From Laetmonice hystrix (Eukaryota): 64,000 nucleotides of DNA. The notes beneath the pieces were generated by a model, which saw only the letters and a list, made by a program, of their open reading frames with translations, did no database searches and was not told where the DNA came from. The translations under genes were made by a program, and so were the position numbers. Shown here in pieces: positions 60,201 to 64,000 of this stretch. Numbering within the stretch: the stretch's first letter is position 1; every line of letters begins with the position of its first letter. The DNA is taken from NCBI GenBank assembly GCA_965235115.1, contig OZ249436.1, positions 10,046,001 to 10,110,000 of the forward strand, read 5' to 3'.

Positions 60201-62523
60201 TGAGCAGTCGGCTTCACGACAACGACGTACAACCTGATGGTTTCTCACTTTCTTGTAGTAGTCTACAGAAATGTGAGTGCAGTACCACGGGCAGTCGACG
60301 AAAACTCTGTACCTACGTGGTAATACCATGTAACGGATAGATCAACGAGAGCGGAGCCGAGAACTCTGTACCTACGTGTTAATACCATGTGACGGATAGA
60401 TCGACTAGAGCGGAGCCGACGTGAACTCTGTACCTACGTGTTAATACCATGTAACGGATAGATCGACGAGAGCGGAGCCGACGTGAACTCTGTACCTACG
60501 TGTTAATACCATGTAACGGATAGATCGACTAGAGTGGAGTCAACGTGAACTCTGTACCTACGTGTTAATACCACGTAACGGAGAGATCGACTAGAGCGGA
60601 GCCGACGTGAACTCTGTACCTACATGTTAATACCATGTAACGGATAGATCGACTAGAGCGGAGCCGACGTGAACTCTGTACCTACGTGTTAATACCATGT
60701 AACCGCTAGATCGACTAGAGCGGAGTCGACGTGAACTCTGTACCTACGTGTTAATACCATGTAACGGATAGATCGACTAGAGGCAGAGTCGACGTGAACT
60801 CTGTACCTACGTGGTAATACCATGTAACGAATAGATCGACTAGAGCAGAACCGACGAGAACTCTGTACCTACGTGTCAATACCATGTAACGGATAGATTG
60901 ACTAGAGCGGAACCGACGAGAACTCTGTACCTACGTGTTAATACCATGTAACGGATAGATCGACGAGAGCGGAGTCGACGTGAACTCTGTACCTACGTGG
61001 TAATACCATGTAACGAATAGATCGACTAGAGCAGAACCGACGAGAACTCTGTACCTACGTGTCAATACCATGTAACGGATAGATTGACTAGAGCGGAACC
61101 GACGAGAACTCTGTACCTACGTGTTAATACCATGTAACGGATAGATCGACTAGAGCGGAGCCGACGTGAACTCTGTACCTACGTGTTAATACCATGTAAC
61201 GGATAGATCGACTAGAGCGGAGCCGACGTGAACTCTGTACCTACGTGTTAATACCATGTAACGGATAGATCGACTAGAGCGGAGCCGACGTGAACTCTGT
61301 ACCTACGTGTTAATACCATGTAAGAGATAGATCGACGAGAGCGGAGCCGAGAACTCTGTACCTACGTGTCAATACCATGTAACGGATAGATCGACTAGAG
61401 CGGAGCCGAGAACTCTGTACCTACGTGTCAATACGATGTAACGGATAGATCGACTAGAGCGGGACCGACGTGAACTCTGTACCTACGTGTTAATACCATG
61501 TAACGGATAGATCGACTAGAGCGGAGCCGACGTGAACTCTGTACCTACGTGTTAATACCATGTAACGGATAGATCGACTAGAGCGGAACCGACGTGAACT
61601 CTGTACCTACGTGTTAATACCATGTAACGGATAGATCGACTAGAGCGGAACCGAGAACTCTGTACCTACGTGTTAATACCATGTAACGGATAGATCGACT
61701 AGAGCGGAGCCGAGAACTCTGTACCTACGTGTTAATACCATGTAAGGGATTGATCAACTAGAGCGGAGCCGACGTGAACTCTGTACCTACGTGTTAATAC
61801 CATGTAACGGATAGATCGACTAGAGCGGAACCGACGTGAACTCTGTACCTACGTGGTAATACCATGTAACGGATAGATCGACTAGAGCGGAACCGACGAG
61901 AACTCTGTGTACCAAAATATTTCATTTTTCAATCAGGACGATTTTAACGACCGGAAAGTGTTCCGCGTTTTTCTTCAATATTGTGCAGTTTTTCGGGATT
62001 GCCTATCCAACGATTGAACCTAGAGAACCAAATAAATGATAGATTAACGGAATATTTTAACGTAAACTTTACATTCCTGTTGTCATCTTAGATTATCATA
62101 TAACTTACCTGAGTAAAGATTCGTGAGAAGGGTCATTGGAAGGCAAAGTAGGCAAACAAGAACATCAGCTATTGCCAGGTTGACGATAAAATAGTTCGTC
62201 ACATTGTGCATTCGAATGTTGCGATAAACGACGACCACCACCAGCGCATTGCCGACTAATCCAACTAGAAACACGATAGAGTATGCCAGTGAGTATATCA
62301 CAATCATATGTACAGGTTGTCGGATGATCGGGTAGTAGGTACCCGAGCCGCTCAATGTGCCGTTCCCGCTCACGTTTGTGGCGCTCGCTAGCCACAAGTT
62401 GGTGGTGTCATTGTCTGTATAACCCCCGGTCGGTTCATTGTTAAAAAGTACACTATACGACACATTGTGGTCCGGTTGAGAAACATTCAATTCGATGGGT
62501 AACGCAGACCCAACCGTTGCCAT
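20601..62523 (-). CDS. Neuropeptide SIFamide / NPFF receptor-like class A GPCR, 3 coding exons, ~429 aa
   Basis: Exons 62109-62523 (415 nt, phase 1), 21728-21827 (100 nt, phase 2) and 20601-21375 (775 nt) total 1290 nt in frame. Motifs: GN in TM1, [79 protein letters not shown]. Confidence 0.93.
21728..21827 (-). CDS. GPCR coding exon 2 (ECL1-TM3; not represented correctly in the ORF track)
   Basis: cag|GG TGG CGG TTC ... ATC GAC AG|gtaagt translates as (G)[32 protein letters not shown](R); phases match both flanking exons. Confidence 0.95.
22918..23338. repeat. 42-bp minisatellite, ~10 copies
   Basis: Unit ctgacccctcagatcgggcctgg(a/g)aacacacatgtatt(t/c)tct. Confidence 0.95.
26382..28374. 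mobile_element. TA-flanked non-autonomous DNA transposon with long imperfect TIRs, carrying nested insertions
   Basis: ta|cggtggccggttagtgccaac ... gttggcactaatcggccaccg|ta. A-rich/T-rich mirrored subterminal repeats; inner arms ~26680-26765 and ~28045-28143 are reverse complements. Confidence 0.85.
26887..27719. mobile_element. Foldback element made of inverted ~41-bp subrepeat arrays
   Basis: TIR ggtgtgactaattaccgaaatctaccg / cggtagatttcggtaattagtcacacc. The unit ttaccgaaatcgacctctagttgtgtttgggagcccccaaac runs forward to ~27415, then reverse-complemented. Confidence 0.85.
28568..29615 (-). pseudogene. Decayed non-LTR retrotransposon (LINE) ORF2 fragment: pre-RT and RT N-terminal region
   Basis: Frameshifted pieces: [12 protein letters not shown]..., [62 protein letters not shown]...[10 protein letters not shown]. 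Contains stops and is split by a MITE. Confidence 0.85.
28778..29137. mobile_element. MITE with 13-bp TIRs and 6-bp TSD (CAATTG) inserted in the LINE fragment
   Basis: caattg|catacctgccaac ... gttggcaggtatg|caattg. Removing the element and one TSD restores [19 protein letters not shown]. Confidence 0.9.
29997..30258. mobile_element. hAT-like MITE ((C)AGTGGCG termini)
   Basis: agtggcgtatccag ... ctggaaacgccactg; (g)ttcatg on both flanks, but TSD length is ambiguous because the flank is itself repetitive. Confidence 0.7.
31730..32101. repeat. 92-bp minisatellite, 4 copies
   Basis: atcgtgagtggtgtg...tgtgcgaca recurs at 31730, 31822 and onward. Confidence 0.95.
32443..32528. repeat. (GA)n microsatellite
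   Basis: Direct reading; similar tracts at ~33478-33517, ~43295-43348 and ~51054-51211. Confidence 0.95.
35215..35790 (-). pseudogene. Decayed PIF/Harbinger (HARBI1-like) DDE transposase fragment
   Basis: [17 protein letters not shown]...[20 protein letters not shown]...[20 protein letters not shown].../YNRAQ...[12 protein letters not shown]...VAAVLH resembles the HARBI1 motifs NRKG..S.NVQ, VARWPGS.HD, LLGDSGY, LMTP and F..WKRRF. Frameshifted. Confidence 0.85.
36009..36167. repeat. ~26-bp minisatellite, ~6 copies
   Basis: Unit ggccatcactggcagctattgagcct. Confidence 0.9.
39925..40531 (-). mobile_element. SINE-like repeat with two tRNA-like Pol III heads and an (ACTC)n tail
   Basis: Two diverged ~125-bp copies (~40134-40257 and ~40408-40531). 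On the minus strand: box A-like TGGCCGAGTGG and box B-like GGTTCAATTCC, followed by (ACTC)n at 39925-40090. Confidence 0.5.
41990..42674. mobile_element. Non-autonomous DNA-transposon-like relic rich in gaatg/cattc motifs
   Basis: Many (c/a)gaatg and cattc motifs in both orientations; ends ctagtgtgactagggta, a Harbinger-MITE-like terminus. Left end not resolved. Confidence 0.5.
43784..44260. repeat. Compound tandem repeat (~165 bp x3) with embedded (CT)n
   Basis: tagataaatgaatcccgttcagggcctct...gagttgaa.actaa.tcgtagttgaaatgtttcgcagc occurs three times. Confidence 0.9.
45186..45684. mobile_element. Two adjacent palindromic MITEs (~240 bp each; PIF/Harbinger/Tourist-like)
   Basis: Copy 1: taa|agtcgtgtttccatgtgtg...cacacatggaaacacggct (45186-45424). 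Copy 2: taa|ggccgggttttcatgtgtg...cacatggaaacccggct|tta (~45448-45683). Both are long hairpins. Confidence 0.8.
45665..46110. repeat. 50-bp minisatellite, 9 copies, containing the MITE terminus
   Basis: tggaaaccc recurs at 45671, 45721 ... 46071. Confidence 0.95.
47690..48354. repeat. 51-bp minisatellite, 13 copies
   Basis: Unit gtgtccaagcaagccaccccggaaggtctctctccgcatacaacatagtaa. Confidence 0.95.
49075..49213. repeat. 28-bp minisatellite, 5 copies
   Basis: Unit ggtaataatgcactgacccgtatgtgag. Confidence 0.95.
52308..53365. repeat. ~105-bp minisatellite, ~10 copies
   Basis: Unit cagctgcagcgcccccttatacacaggagggttgtggtggtagttgaatgagtactggttgtgtgaattcatgagttcttgtatcgttctatcattattaaagac; two alternating variant types. 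Confidence 0.95.
54098..54517. mobile_element. Non-autonomous DNA transposon with TAG-type termini and 9-bp TSD (AcademH-like), copy A
   Basis: gggtgaatt|ttgcctggtccct ... ggggaccagccta|gggtgaatt. Confidence 0.8.
54530..54954. mobile_element. Related non-autonomous DNA transposon with TAG...CTA termini and 9-bp TSD (AcademH-like), copy B
   Basis: tgaattcag|tagcctggtgccc ... gggcaccaggcta|tgaattcag; internal sequence is homologous to copy A. Confidence 0.85.
55480..55840. repeat. ~93-bp minisatellite, ~4 copies
   Basis: gtccatatgggccatgcacagcattctatgc recurs at 55480, 55573, 55667 and 55757. Confidence 0.9.
56457..56704. mobile_element. Two ~76-bp palindromic Tourist-like MITEs in opposite orientation
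   Basis: aggcctgtacccactagcgcgtttt...aaaacgcgctagtgggttcaggcct (56457-56533) and a reverse copy at 56630-56704; TAA/TTA-type flanks. Confidence 0.8.
60295..61907. repeat. 62-bp (59-bp variant) satellite-like array, ~26 copies
   Basis: Unit gaactctgtacctacgtgttaataccatgtaacggatagatcgactagagcggagccgacgt; period 60361 to 60423. Confidence 0.97.
62109..62523 (-). CDS. GPCR coding exon 1 (glycosylated N-terminus, TM1-TM2)
   Basis: ORF 62083..62523 with multiple N-x-S/T sequons and TM1/TM2 motifs; donor G|GTAAGT at 62108. Confidence 0.93.
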
Positions 62524-64000
62524 TTTCAGAACGTTGATGATCAGACTTCGTGCGGTTCTCTCTTTTTCTCGCTGTTTTCTCCCCGATGCAGTCCGACTAT
62601 AGACGATTATAGTAGGCGTACTTTCGCTTTCCTACTCCAACAGAAAGTCGTCCTCATCCAGTAAGGTACAAGCGGACGGTAATCAAAGGTCGCCACCCAC
62701 GGTCTGAGTGTCGGCGGTTACAGGTTATTTCGTGCCGCCCGTGCCGCCCGTGCCGCCCGTGCCACCCGATCTAAGCCGGCCAATGACCGCTGTCTGCTCC
62801 TGGCCGGCCGCTCGTGATGAGATGGACTCTCCGTGGGCCACTACACCAGTGTCCGGGCCTCACAGTCATCAGCACAAGAGGTGACCCTGTGTAGACCTGG
62901 GAAGCAGATACAAAATGTATTTCATCACTACGGGGAAGGAGAGAGAGGGGCGAGCATATAGCCAACATCAATCTCACTCACATAGAAAACGGGACACGGT
63001 TCGGCTTAAAGGAGCCGTTCCGATTTTCCTCCTATACGATCGGACCAAAACTGTAGATAAAAAATAATAATTTATAAACAAATTCTACGAATAATTAGTC
63101 TACTTATTACATATTTTCCAGATGACCAACGCATCTGATATAAAGATGCGTATTGGCTGAATGCCGGAATGACACGAGGTATAGTTTCCAGTCTCCGTGC
63201 GTGTCTGTCCTCTGCACTCCATGAAGACACTTTCATTCTTTTAGCTTTGATAGAAAAACACTTTCAGTCAAGCACACATTTATACCACAACTACCCTACC
63301 TGTTACATGGGGATTCTATTAAAGGCACATAAAGTATACTCATACCTGACACGCCCACATTATTGCGTGCCGAATACCATACCAGTGTGCCCTTGAACAG
63401 ACACTATCGACCGAAAGGCAACCGGGTGCATATGACCAGCAGAGAGGTTTTTATGTTGGCATACGCCTCCACCGTTCGGGAGTTCAGGAAAAGATCATCT
63501 GTGTGACAATAAGTAAGGATAATCGCAGGTCAGCTGACCGTCGGATTTTGACATGATAATGTAGTAGACGCTTTCAGCATTGTGGATGCCGTCCGCTAAA
63601 ATATCCGTCTATACATCATCTATACCAGCATAAATCTATTGGGAAGCCGGCTTAGAGGGCGAGAAGTTATCTGATTAAGACTTTAGTAGTGGATGCGCCT
63701 AGCATACTGCTTATCTGGGACTAATGCTACTGACTGCAAGGTCACCGACCCCATGTGTCTCAGATTCCTTCTTTGGCAAGGTCTATTTGATAATATTATC
63801 ACGAGTCACTGCGAGTTTACTGTTTGTATTATTGGCTGTGCATGTTTTTAATGACCACGCTGTTATTTTACCTGGGTAATCAGGGGACAACACGAGCAAT
63901 AGGTGAATGGTATTTCGTCACGACTGGGAAATATTTATAGGCTTATAATTTTAAAACACCCTGTATGTAACCCGAGTCGGACTTGTTTTTTCGGTAGGTA

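Noticed and set aside
17611..61907. Tandem arrays as possible CRISPR arrays
   Set aside because: Units are contiguous and near-identical with no unique spacers, there are no cas genes, and the context is an intron-containing eukaryotic locus.

Overview
Eukaryotic genomic DNA from an invertebrate-type animal (the exact taxon cannot be determined from this window). It holds two spliced minus-strand genes. (1) A complete Piwi-clade Argonaute, PIWIL2/Ago3-like, with 17 coding exons (2839-12566), 985 aa by my manual splicing, and an intact D-E-D-H slicer tetrad. (2) A SIFamide/neuropeptide-FF-type rhodopsin GPCR with 3 coding exons (20601-62523), 429 aa, and a ~40.3 kb first coding intron. The remainder is non-coding and packed with non-autonomous DNA transposons (MITE/foldback type, several with readable TSDs), a decayed LINE reverse-transcriptase fragment, a decayed Harbinger transposase, a SINE-like repeat, microsatellites and more than a dozen unrelated minisatellite arrays. 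I see no CRISPR array, RNA gene or new protein-coding system. The most unusual items concern transposon biology: two related TAG-ended elements with 9-bp TSDs inserted 3 bp apart, a three-layer nested element, a satellite born from a MITE end, and MITEs with palindromic 6-bp TSDs. There is also a CTCF-like motif cluster between the two genes and a tandem array probably inside the GPCR 3' UTR. All coordinates were read by eye and family assignments are from recall of motifs, not database searches.
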